A model generated the notes under the pieces. It made no database searches, was not told the origin of the DNA, and saw nothing but the letters and a program-made list of their open reading frames with translations. Source: a virus (lineage: Duplodnaviria > Caudoviricetes). Taken from it: a stretch of DNA of 64,000 bases. The position numbers were made by a program, and so were the translations under genes. Every line of letters starts with the position of its first letter. Position 1 is the first letter of the stretch. The DNA lies in IMG/VR virus record IMGVR_UViG_3300023174_000037; one strand, 5' to 3'. Positions 47,295-56,431 of the stretch are shown here, piece by piece.

Positions 47295-48449
47295 TTACTT
47301 TCCTTCTTTAAGTTTGTATAATTCTGTAAAAATTTTACTGCTGTCTACTCCGCGCCTCTGATCCATTACGGCTAATTGTTCAAAAGAATTTGACAAATTC
47401 TTTTCAATTGGTTGTCTTATGTAGTGTAACATATTTCGATAACTATCTTCAAGTAGATATCCTGGATTCTCGTTGATTTTTGATTCCAATTTTAACTTTA
47501 ACAAGTGTAACACATTTTCTGGTAAATTCCTAATGTTTAGGTAATCAGGAGTTAGTAGTGCTCCGATGATAAAACTATTATTATGAAATCCTAGGCCTTT
47601 AAGGTAATCCACATACCCAAATACACTATTGTAATTTAACAAAAACCATAACATATTAAAACTTATCTTATGATCAAGTTGTCTAATTGTGTTCAAATTA
47701 TCTAAAAAATCCTGCCATCGGCCTCCAAAGCGTATGTATTCAAATTCATCTTCTATGGTTTCTGCACTCACAGTCCAGTGAACATTTTTAAAACTGCATA
47801 CAGCATCAAACACTCCGGTATCGACTTTGCTAAGATTAGTGTTTATCCTGAGATTAACATCGGGATTTAATTCTTTGAGTAGTTCTAAATTTTCCTTCAT
47901 CAACAATGGTTCACCGCCGGCTAGATACACATGCTTAAGATTTTTAGCGTGTCGGTAAAGATATTCTCTAAAATCTTTCTGTTGTTGTTCTGTTGGTGTC
48001 GCCCTAATAACATTTAATTCGCTGGCCCACTTACTACTGAAATCTGGGCCACAATAAACACAGGCAAAATTACACAAATTGGTCCATCGTACATCAATGG
48101 TTTGTAAATCAAAATTGTTAGGTCGGTAAGTATCCAGTGGTGTTTTTTTAAATTCTCTTATATAAAAAATTCTATCACTGATAATATCAAAACCTTCTTT
48201 ACCGTGTTCTAGATTGTAACAAGTGTGACAGCCGGCAGCTGGTTGATTATTAATTATATTAGTTTGTTTAGTGACATTAACAGGTCCTAACAGTATTTCT
48301 TCAATGGTGTTGTCTTTGATATTACCCAATCCACCAGTTGTAAAATCACTACGAATACAATTTTTTACTTTGCCATCAAAGTTATACATTAGTCCTGTCC
48401 ACGGCATAGGACAAAAATGTTTATTTGTTAGAATATCTTTTGGATTCAT
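47295..48449 (-). CDS. radical SAM enzyme with an N-terminal twitch/SPASM-like domain
   Basis: FCPMPW...NC...CHTC, then CNFACVYC and GGEPLL. Confidence 0.9.
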   Translation of the reverse strand: MNPKDILTNKHFCPMPWTGLMYNFDGKVKNCIRSDFTTGGLGNIKDNTIEEILLGPVNVTKQTNIINNQPAAGCHTCYNLEHGKEGFDIISDRIFYIREFKKTPLDTYRPNNFDLQTIDVRWTNLCNFACVYCGPDFSSKWASELNVIRATPTEQQQKDFREYLYRHAKNLKHVYLAGGEPLLMKENLELLKELNPDVNLRINTNLSKVDTGVFDAVCSFKNVHWTVSAETIEDEFEYIRFGGRWQDFLDNLNTIRQLDHKISFNMLWFLLNYNSVFGYVDYLKGLGFHNNSFIIGALLTPDYLNIRNLPENVLHLLKLKLESKINENPGYLLEDSYRNMLHYIRQPIEKNLSNSFEQLAVMDQRRGVDSSKIFTELYKLKEGK

Positions 48450-48991
48450 TGATTCATTGGTCCTAATGATATTTCTGGAATTGATAAATTATTATTCTTG
48501 GCCATGTCGAATAAATTTAACAATGTTCTAGCCCAGTTGTTGACATCAGCAGCTGGTGGCGTTGTTTTGTCAGGGCTAGTAGCAATGTTGCCAGGACGAA
48601 CTATAGTAATTTTTACTTTAAGTTTACGATGTCGTATTTGCCGCACTGCTTCTTCTAAAGTAACTTTTTGCAAACGGTAATGATCCATGCTTAGATCAGT
48701 CAACGACGACACTGGTTCTTGTGTCATCATAGTTGAAATTACTATGATATGCTTTTTAGTTCCCTGCCAACGATTGGACATTTCAAACAACAACTCAGTT
48801 TGTGCATATCCGGCTTGTGCGTTGTTGACAAAAACATCGCAAGGTTCAATTTGATCACAAATTTTAGGAGTGTTGCGAATATTGTTGCCTTCACGCTGAC
48901 TAAGGCCAACTACTTCGTTGCCGCCGAGAACATATTCTTTAGCAAGAGCTTGTCCTATGCCTGCGGTGTGTCCGGTAATTGCTATTTTCAT
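48446..48991 (-). CDS. short-chain dehydrogenase/reductase
   Basis: ITGHTAGIG, VNNA, YxxxK (YRLQK), RPG. Confidence 0.85.
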   Translation of the reverse strand: MKIAITGHTAGIGQALAKEYVLGGNEVVGLSQREGNNIRNTPKICDQIEPCDVFVNNAQAGYAQTELLFEMSNRWQGTKKHIIVISTMMTQEPVSSLTDLSMDHYRLQKVTLEEAVRQIRHRKLKVKITIVRPGNIATSPDKTTPPAADVNNWARTLLNLFDMAKNNNLSIPEISLGPMNQ

Positions 48992-49863
48992 GATATGCCT
49001 CTTAGTTGTTTTTGTTTTGCTATATATTCATCTCTAGCACGAACATCAGTATTATCAACACTTAACTCAAAAGGCATTTTTAAGTAAGCGTAACTATGAT
49101 CAATGTTGTGTTCTCGAGCAAACTGTTGAATATTTGGCAGGTCGTCTACATTCAGTATACTAACTGTTGTCCATAAATTCAATGTTACTGGCATTGTTTT
49201 GTATGTCATTAAATTACGATAAAAATCTTGCCATGGTATTGGCCAACGCACAAAATCATGAACTGCTCCAATACCATCACAACTCACTGTGACAGTGACT
49301 TCGATGCCACAATTGGCTATGTCGACCAGCTCAGTCAATATTGTGCTACAATTTGTATTAAGTCGCAGTGTTTTAAGGTTAGGTGGTAAATTTTTTAATA
49401 GTTTCTTGTAATTTTTACTGTAACTGGGTTCGCCACCGTTAATATCCAGATGCACGATTCGTTCTTGTGGTAGGCGCCAGAATTGATCTGTGTTATTGAT
49501 TATAGGAAATCCAGGACCCGTTAAACTTCCTATTCTGGTGCTTAAATTTTGATTACAAGTTTGGCAAGCGGCATTACATAAATTATCTAATACACCACCA
49601 ACTTGCAGGTAATCTCTCTGTGCAGTTTGCTCATCCACTGCTGTTGCATATACTCTTATGCTGTCAGGTTCGGTTTCTTGACATCTGACACATTCTTTGG
49701 GCCAGCGGTCAAACTTCATTAACTCTTTTGTATTTGCTAACCAAGAACTTGCCTCCATATCTGCCAATGAAGCATATTGTGGAGGATTGACCATGTGTCC
49801 ACAGCGACTAACTGTGCCATTGGGATTAAAACGAACAAAATGGTCTAGTCTAGGACAATACAT
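48988..49863 (-). CDS. radical SAM enzyme with an N-terminal twitch-like domain
   Basis: YCP...RC...CVRC, then CNAACQTC and GGEPS. Confidence 0.88.
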   Translation of the reverse strand: MYCPRLDHFVRFNPNGTVSRCGHMVNPPQYASLADMEASSWLANTKELMKFDRWPKECVRCQETEPDSIRVYATAVDEQTAQRDYLQVGGVLDNLCNAACQTCNQNLSTRIGSLTGPGFPIINNTDQFWRLPQERIVHLDINGGEPSYSKNYKKLLKNLPPNLKTLRLNTNCSTILTELVDIANCGIEVTVTVSCDGIGAVHDFVRWPIPWQDFYRNLMTYKTMPVTLNLWTTVSILNVDDLPNIQQFAREHNIDHSYAYLKMPFELSVDNTDVRARDEYIAKQKQLRGIS

Positions 49864-50509
49864 AAGTTGGATTTAAAATTTGTTGTGAGTATTCAATTAC
49901 ATATTCGTATGCCGCGGGATCAATGGTTTTAACCTGTTGCAATAGTTGTTTAAATGTTAGTGATTGTCCTATGCATTTAAATATTGCTGTGTCTATCCGT
50001 TGATACATTTCATTATTTTTTATTGATGAAATTTTTTCTATCAATGCCGAATCGGGTCGAGGAACTCCGTCGGGTTTTATATTTTTTCCAGTAATTTCTT
50101 CAATGGCTGACATTGGTAATAAGTTTAGTGTTGCATTCAAACTCAAATATCTTGCTAAATTTAGTAGCCAAACAAACTGTGAAGCATAATGGCGATCCAA
50201 CGATATATAATTTAAACCAAACCATTCTACTGTATTTTTATCAAGACCCGGGTTATCTCTAAGTGTATGTTGTATAAATGTATTGATCCCAGAAAGTAAT
50301 CGGTCCTCAGGATTTCGTATGATTACATCGATACTGCTTATTTTTTGAATCTGTTCATTGATGTGAATTCGTTGAGGGTCTGTTGTTCTAGACACATTAA
50401 TACTACTGTGCCCATTTTTAAAAATAACATAGACATACCGCTGCAAGGATATGATTTCTCTTACCTCACAGCGGTCTGGGAACAACATGCGATCTAAATG
50501 CGATAACAT
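49850..50509 (-). CDS. sulfotransferase-family-like protein
   Basis: IFKNGHSS (5'-PSB-like), IRNPEDRLLSG (3'-PB-like), DRHYASQ. Confidence 0.6.
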   Translation of the reverse strand: MLSHLDRMLFPDRCEVREIISLQRYVYVIFKNGHSSINVSRTTDPQRIHINEQIQKISSIDVIIRNPEDRLLSGINTFIQHTLRDNPGLDKNTVEWFGLNYISLDRHYASQFVWLLNLARYLSLNATLNLLPMSAIEEITGKNIKPDGVPRPDSALIEKISSIKNNEMYQRIDTAIFKCIGQSLTFKQLLQQVKTIDPAAYEYVIEYSQQILNPTYVLS

Positions 50510-50512
50510 TTA

Positions 50513-51499
50513 TTACGCTTTTTGACGGGCCCTAATCATTGCCAAGATGTCTTGTGCCTTGTCGCTAGAAGCTGGTTTAGCCACTACCGGAGCAGTTGCC
50601 ACTAGTGGCTCTTCGTCGTCAAAGTCACTAGATGCTGACGGTGCTGGAGCCGCTGTTGCTGTTGGTGCTGGAGCACTTTCGGCAACAGTAGCACTAGAAC
50701 CTGCAGGAGCATTAACACCTGCTGGGCGGAAATACTGACCCCAACGTTCTGTATCATAGCTTTGGCCATCAACACTTGCTTCAAACATTTCTTTGATGAC
50801 TTTGAGCTCAACTTCGCCTGGTTTCTTGGGCATAAATGTGCTCAAGTCAAACAAGCCATGTTTCTCAATTGCAGCTTGTTCAGCTTCGGTCAGTGCTGTT
50901 TCTTTACGAGCCCACTTGCTACCATTGTAGTCAGCAAAACCACCTTTGCTACCTTTGCTGATACGGAAGTCCAGGCCACGTAGATAGTCAGTTGGCAATT
51001 CTTCCAACTCTGGATCCATCAACGCACCTTTGATAGTGGTAAAGATTTGAGGACCAATGATGAATCTACGAATTGGATTCTCTGGGGTTTTGTCATCGCC
51101 AAGTGGGTTCTCACGCACAAAGCCTTGGAAAATGTAACTGCGTTTTTTCCAATACTTACGACCCATTTCTTCAAGGCTCTTGTCCTTAAACCAAGTGCGA
51201 ACTTCAGTAAGCACTGGACAAGTTTCTTGCCACATTTCCACGCATGGAACTTGGACGTATACTTGTTTGGATTCCATTTCACCTTTGACGCCATTGAATG
51301 GCAAACGAATCATTGCTCGTTCTTGCCAAAAGAATGTGTTCTTGGTGTTGCCGTCTGGAAGGAATCGGAGTGTTGCGGAAGCGCCTTCTTCCATGTTCCA
51401 GTGTGGGTAAATTGCATTATCGCCACCTGTGGAATTGCCGCCTTGTTTGTTACCTTCTGATTGTGCGAGTCTCGCACGGATGTCTGCTAAAGATGCCAT
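50513..51499 (-). CDS. single-stranded DNA-binding protein (gp32-like)
   Basis: LRFLP, PCVEMW...CPV, YWKKRSY, GLDFRISK, YNGSKW; acidic/Ala-rich tail. Confidence 0.88.
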   Translation of the reverse strand: MASLADIRARLAQSEGNKQGGNSTGGDNAIYPHWNMEEGASATLRFLPDGNTKNTFFWQERAMIRLPFNGVKGEMESKQVYVQVPCVEMWQETCPVLTEVRTWFKDKSLEEMGRKYWKKRSYIFQGFVRENPLGDDKTPENPIRRFIIGPQIFTTIKGALMDPELEELPTDYLRGLDFRISKGSKGGFADYNGSKWARKETALTEAEQAAIEKHGLFDLSTFMPKKPGEVELKVIKEMFEASVDGQSYDTERWGQYFRPAGVNAPAGSSATVAESAPAPTATAAPAPSASSDFDDEEPLVATAPVVAKPASSDKAQDILAMIRARQKA

Positions 51500-51504
51500 A
51501 GTTA

Positions 51505-51635
51505 GTTGCCTTTCAAAGTTGTTTACTATGTTGCCTATCTAAAAATTTAGATCGAGTTGCCTGTGATGCTAATGTAAAAAGCGCATACACTAGGGTTAGT
51601 ATATACGCTTTATTTCTTAGCGTCAAGTGTATTTA
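51505..51635 (-). promoter_or_regulatory. SSB leader with tandem late and sigma70 promoters, a 15-bp hairpin and three AGGCAAC repeats
   Basis: TAAATA 51635-51630; TTGACG-17-TATACT 51626-51598; stem 51578-51611; GTTGCCT on the plus strand at 51505, 51530 and 51556. Confidence 0.75.
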
Positions 51636-51660
51636 TGACGCGGTTGTTCTAATTGCTAAA

Positions 51661-54600
51661 TTACTTCTTCATTCCTGAAAGTTCTTTGAGCCGGTCCAAA
51701 AAGCTGGTATCTTTGTCTACTGCTTGCATTTTACCAGAATGTCCATACTGCCCGGCCAAAGACGAACGACTTTCTTTAGTGGCTGAATCTGGATGTGGCT
51801 TGCCGTGGGCACGTTGATAGAAATCAAATTCGGCTTTGCGATCCTTTTGTTCAATATCTTTGCGAGTTAACGGTGCTTGGCCTTGTTTGTTACGTTGAAT
51901 AGTTGGCCGTTCGTAATCTCTAGGATTTTTAGGATCAATTGCTTCATCGGTGGTACCACCGCCTATCGCATCACCAATAGAATTGCCTATTGATGCTCCA
52001 CGAATTGCTCCAGCTGGGCCGCCTACTAATGCTCCGCCAATTCCACCAAGTGCGGCACCTACTAAACCTTCGTCGGTTTGTTCTTGATTTTCTCCCAAAA
52101 TTGCGTCAATAAGTTTTTTGCCACCGTATAACAGAGCTAGTAATAATCCAATCGGTATTGCATACTTCACTGCGGCTGATGCTAAGTCTCCAATAGTTTT
52201 TCCGTCAACTGCGGTGCCTACGGCTTTGGTAATTGCCTCAGCGGCCGATCCAATGTCGTGATATACTTCGCCTACTCCGGTACCTAGACTGTTCGCCAAG
52301 TCTGTGATACCTTGGTAAGCACCAACTCCAACACCGATTGGCACTGCATTTTTGGCGGCTATCTCTGCACCTTGTTTGGCCACTTGACCAACTGCTTGTG
52401 CACCTTGTTTGGCCACTTGACCAACTACCGGAGCCGCAGATTTAGCTGCCTGTCCGGCTACTTGTGCTCCTTGCCCGGCCATTTTACCTATTGCCGGGCC
52501 AATTTTTGATAGTAACGGCATTAATGCTCTGGCACCAGCGGCTAGAGCTGGGCCAATGAATTCATTTAATTGTTCATCTTCATGAATTCCGGCGGCTTTT
52601 TTCATTTTGATTAATTCGTCATCTTCGTCTGTTTCTTTCCTACCAGCCGATGATACCGCGTTCATTGCAGATCCAGCAATAGTAACTGGCGCTCCTACAA
52701 CATCACCAACAACTTCGCCAGCGCCTTTGGCAAAATCTTTTACAATGCCCTCGTCGGTTTCTTGTTCACCAACAAGGCCGCTTAAGGCGCTGCCAATTGA
52801 GCTACCAATACCATCTAGCGCACCAGATCCTGCGGCATACCCTAGTGCGCCGCCAGCCAACGCCGGAACAATAGGATTGATACTATCGTCATCTTCTTCA
52901 TCGTCTTTTTCAACTAACGCAGATCCGCCCTTGGTGAGGTGTTGACCTAATCCAGCACCAACGATGCCGCCAAGTGGTCCGCCTAACATTGTACCAATTG
53001 CTCCGCCGCCTAGTGTGCCAAGAATGCCTTCATCAGTTTCTTCTTCGCCTACCAATGGAATACTTAAAGATTTTCCGCCACCACCTAGGCCTTGTGCTAC
53101 TGGATCTAATAGTTTTTTAACAATTTGACCGGTTGAATTTTCTTTGTTTTCTTCCATACCGGCATGATCGTATTCGGGTGCTGGGCGTTGTTTAGCCGGC
53201 ACACCAGCAATTTTTAATATACCTGATAACGAGTCTTGATATTCGTCGGCATAGTCGCCCACACTTTCACGTTCCATTCCGTAGTCCTCATCTGGAATGC
53301 CTGGACTACGACCACCATAACCACTAATGCCTAAGTCTGCACCAAAACGATCAGCTACCCATTCATATGGGTCTCCGTCGCGGGCTTTTTTAGTACCATA
53401 TGGCATGTCGTCAAAGTAATAGTCATACAGGGCATTGTGCAGTTCGTCACTGACTTCGCCTGTTTCTTCAAAGTCCTTGACATCACGTTTGAATGTATTG
53501 AGGATGTGTTGGAATGTAGAACCTGTGCTGTCGGTAAGAACACTTTCATTCATTGGTTCAAGATCAGCAGGATTAGTTGCTTCAGGAGGATTCATTTCAG
53601 CAGTAGGATCAATTTGCAATTGGTCTAATACCGTACGCACTTCGGGCCAATCACTGAGTTCTTGCAAGCGATCCATGATCACTTGACGTGCATCAGCATT
53701 GGCATCACGATCAGCTAATTCTTCTAACTGATCAAACAACTGATCGTCGCCAACAAGTCCATACAATTGTTCAGTGACATTGGTAGCATCAGCGCCCACT
53801 GGTAAATCTTTACTTAGAAGCTCGATTAGTTTATCTTGCTTCTCTGGAGTATCTGGCAATGACCAGGTTCCTTCTGTTAGGCGCTCTGCCCAAGCTTCAA
53901 ATATATTGGCTTCTTTCATTGCTGTTCCTTGTTGTTGTATTTTGGCCAGCAAAGGTAATGCTGACTCAATTCTTGTGTCAATGCTTTGCTTGACAAAAAG
54001 ATTTTTTAAACTTTCAATCACTACGTCTTGCTCTGAAATCTCAGCCGGACTCCATGATTCAAAATATGTTGCGTATCCAGTCCGGGTACCAAGCCCTTTG
54101 AGACTGCGTTGCAAGTTTGCTTGATACTCTTGAACTTGTTCTAATAATTGCTGTGTATCGCCTTCGAAAATTTGTCCTTGATTGGCTCTGCGGAAACGAC
54201 TCAATACATTTAGCTCTGTGACCATTTCGGCAATGTGATTGCCTCTGGCATCGTAAGGACGTCCACCTTGACGCACATGCTCCAACATGGCACGTCCGCC
54301 AGTTAGGCTCTTAAATGGTAACTTGTAACGTTCACTGTCGGCTGTTTCAATAAACAGGCTTTCGATATAACGGAAACGGGCATCACCCTCAGCAATGTTT
54401 TTCTTATGACGAATCATCAGTCGAGCTTCAGTGGCGGCGCCGCTCCAGCTAGTTGTCCGATTACCAGTCCATGATTCAAACAGGCCTTCTTTGATAGCCG
54501 CTTGCCCTTGCATACTGTAACGCAAACGATTTAAGTTTTTGATACCAAACGTCATGAAGTTTCTCACGGCAAAATTTTTCAACTGTTCTAAGAAACTGAA

Positions 54601-54855
54601 CCAGTCGTTTTTGTCGTCACCTTCCATGGTACGTCCCACATTGTCTGAGCAATAAACTTCAAGGTCGTTGTCATCGCCCAGCATGATTACCACTGTGCCA
54701 TAATCTTTGCCCGAGTGGGCAACAAAGTCAAAACTGTATATTTCAGTTTCTGCAGGGTCGGATGCAGGTTTACCAGAACTGTCCAGCATTTCTGGGTCAA
54801 AATCTCTACTGACCAGTAGATCAAATAATTTACGAGCGGGTGTGATATCTGCCAT
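51661..54855 (-). CDS. large putative internal head protein with glycine-zipper modules
   Basis: 1064 aa; five TDE(G/D/A) motifs separating Gly-rich hydrophobic modules; TAAATA at 54863-54868. Confidence 0.7.
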   Translation of the reverse strand: MADITPARKLFDLLVSRDFDPEMLDSSGKPASDPAETEIYSFDFVAHSGKDYGTVVIMLGDDNDLEVYCSDNVGRTMEGDDKNDWFSFLEQLKNFAVRNFMTFGIKNLNRLRYSMQGQAAIKEGLFESWTGNRTTSWSGAATEARLMIRHKKNIAEGDARFRYIESLFIETADSERYKLPFKSLTGGRAMLEHVRQGGRPYDARGNHIAEMVTELNVLSRFRRANQGQIFEGDTQQLLEQVQEYQANLQRSLKGLGTRTGYATYFESWSPAEISEQDVVIESLKNLFVKQSIDTRIESALPLLAKIQQQGTAMKEANIFEAWAERLTEGTWSLPDTPEKQDKLIELLSKDLPVGADATNVTEQLYGLVGDDQLFDQLEELADRDANADARQVIMDRLQELSDWPEVRTVLDQLQIDPTAEMNPPEATNPADLEPMNESVLTDSTGSTFQHILNTFKRDVKDFEETGEVSDELHNALYDYYFDDMPYGTKKARDGDPYEWVADRFGADLGISGYGGRSPGIPDEDYGMERESVGDYADEYQDSLSGILKIAGVPAKQRPAPEYDHAGMEENKENSTGQIVKKLLDPVAQGLGGGGKSLSIPLVGEEETDEGILGTLGGGAIGTMLGGPLGGIVGAGLGQHLTKGGSALVEKDDEEDDDSINPIVPALAGGALGYAAGSGALDGIGSSIGSALSGLVGEQETDEGIVKDFAKGAGEVVGDVVGAPVTIAGSAMNAVSSAGRKETDEDDELIKMKKAAGIHEDEQLNEFIGPALAAGARALMPLLSKIGPAIGKMAGQGAQVAGQAAKSAAPVVGQVAKQGAQAVGQVAKQGAEIAAKNAVPIGVGVGAYQGITDLANSLGTGVGEVYHDIGSAAEAITKAVGTAVDGKTIGDLASAAVKYAIPIGLLLALLYGGKKLIDAILGENQEQTDEGLVGAALGGIGGALVGGPAGAIRGASIGNSIGDAIGGGTTDEAIDPKNPRDYERPTIQRNKQGQAPLTRKDIEQKDRKAEFDFYQRAHGKPHPDSATKESRSSLAGQYGHSGKMQAVDKDTSFLDRLKELSGMKK

Positions 54856-54865
54856 AGTAGTGTAT

Positions 54866-56431
54866 TTAGCGCCTTACGCTGATGAACGGCATAGGAGGAA
54901 TTATATTATCTCCGTGGTCTCTTAGCTGGGTATCGATGCTGTTATCATAGGTTTGTAACAGTTGTAGCATACGCACCGTCAGCACTGTGGCCATTACTAG
55001 GTCGTCAGTTTCACCTATTTTGGCCGCATAACTTACACCGGCAGCCACAAAGGTTTTAAGCTCGCTGACCATGCTTGCACTACGTATTTTCATGCGACCG
55101 GATTCAATCAAGGTTTTTAATTTGTTACAGGCCGCCAGCTTGGGTTTATTTGTAGTATTAAATCCTTTGCGGTATCGTCTATTTCCACCCGAGTGTGGAT
55201 CGCTTAAAAAGTAGCCTTGTATGTTTTCTTCGCCATATTCATCGATACTGATCAAGGCAGCTTCACCAATGGTATTGTTTTCTATACTAAAATATATTCG
55301 TTGTGGGTCTTTGACTGTTTCGTTTATGTGAGCACAGATGCTGGCCAATATACGAACCTGTTCAGGTATGGGTGTTCTGTTATGACGCCATTCGGCCACT
55401 TGTTCTGTGGTTTCTGCTTCAAATATTTGTATAGCGGCTGCATCCCCACCCGTGCCTAAGCTAGGATCAAGACCAATCACATAGGTACGTCCTGCTCGGG
55501 GTCGTTGATACCATCGAACTTGTCCAGTTTTATACAAGGGTTCATGTCCTTGTAGATCAATAAGTTTAGCAGGAGCAATCAAGGTTTCATCATTGATGAT
55601 GAATTCACAACCCATTTCTCGACGGAAACGATCTTCACCTAACTGTGCTCGCTGTTCGCTGGCCCACTTTTCATCACGATCTGGATGTTCATTCCAGTAG
55701 CTACGATAACTCTTAAATCCATTGATGCCAACGTCAGTAGGATTGCCAAATTCGTCCTCGCACTTGAGAGCACCTTTCCAAAGCAGGGCAAACTGATCTT
55801 CGTCTGAGTTCGGAGTGCTAGTGATAATTGCCTTACCACCAGTGGCCAACGTAGGACTGATACTAGTCCAGAACTCTTTGGCAATGCCAGGGCGCACGAA
55901 CGCAAACTCGTCACAGTATAGTAAGGATATACTCATACCGCGTCCGGTATTTTCTGTTGTGGTGGTCGAAACTATGCGACTTCCGTTTTCAAAGTCTAGA
56001 TTGCCTTTGTTGTAACTGGTAACACCGGCACGTATATGATCTGGGCACAACTCGTACGCATAGCGAATACGTTGCATGATTTCTTGTGAGCCGGTGTATT
56101 TGTGTGCGGCAATAAGGATTGTGCTGTCAGGGCGAAACATGGCCACCCATAACAGATATCCAGCGGCACTGGTTGATTTACCAGTTTGTCGAGGCATCAT
56201 ACTGATACTGAATCGATAGTTGTGGTAAGTGTCTATCAGTCGCTTTTGATAGTCAAACGGATGATACAGCATCTTGCCCTTGACCGGATGCTGTATATGG
56301 AAGAAGTTGTCCATAAAGTATTGTGGCCCAGTAACAGGGTCAGCGCATTTTACAAACTCCTCCAACTGTTGATCCGTGAAGGCTGTCTTCTTGTATGGTG
56401 TTTTAACTAAAGTTGATTCGGTTTGGCTCAT
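54866..56431 (-). CDS. terminase large subunit (gp17-like)
   Basis: PRQTGKS, YCDEFAF, ITSTPN, IGLDPS, DDLVMA. Confidence 0.95.
   Translation of the reverse strand: MSQTESTLVKTPYKKTAFTDQQLEEFVKCADPVTGPQYFMDNFFHIQHPVKGKMLYHPFDYQKRLIDTYHNYRFSISMMPRQTGKSTSAAGYLLWVAMFRPDSTILIAAHKYTGSQEIMQRIRYAYELCPDHIRAGVTSYNKGNLDFENGSRIVSTTTTENTGRGMSISLLYCDEFAFVRPGIAKEFWTSISPTLATGGKAIITSTPNSDEDQFALLWKGALKCEDEFGNPTDVGINGFKSYRSYWNEHPDRDEKWASEQRAQLGEDRFRREMGCEFIINDETLIAPAKLIDLQGHEPLYKTGQVRWYQRPRAGRTYVIGLDPSLGTGGDAAAIQIFEAETTEQVAEWRHNRTPIPEQVRILASICAHINETVKDPQRIYFSIENNTIGEAALISIDEYGEENIQGYFLSDPHSGGNRRYRKGFNTTNKPKLAACNKLKTLIESGRMKIRSASMVSELKTFVAAGVSYAAKIGETDDLVMATVLTVRMLQLLQTYDNSIDTQLRDHGDNIIPPMPFISVRR

Noticed and set aside
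18751-56431. Inteins, introns or homing endonucleases in nrdA, helicase, recA or terL
   Set aside because: All have ordinary lengths and continuous motifs.
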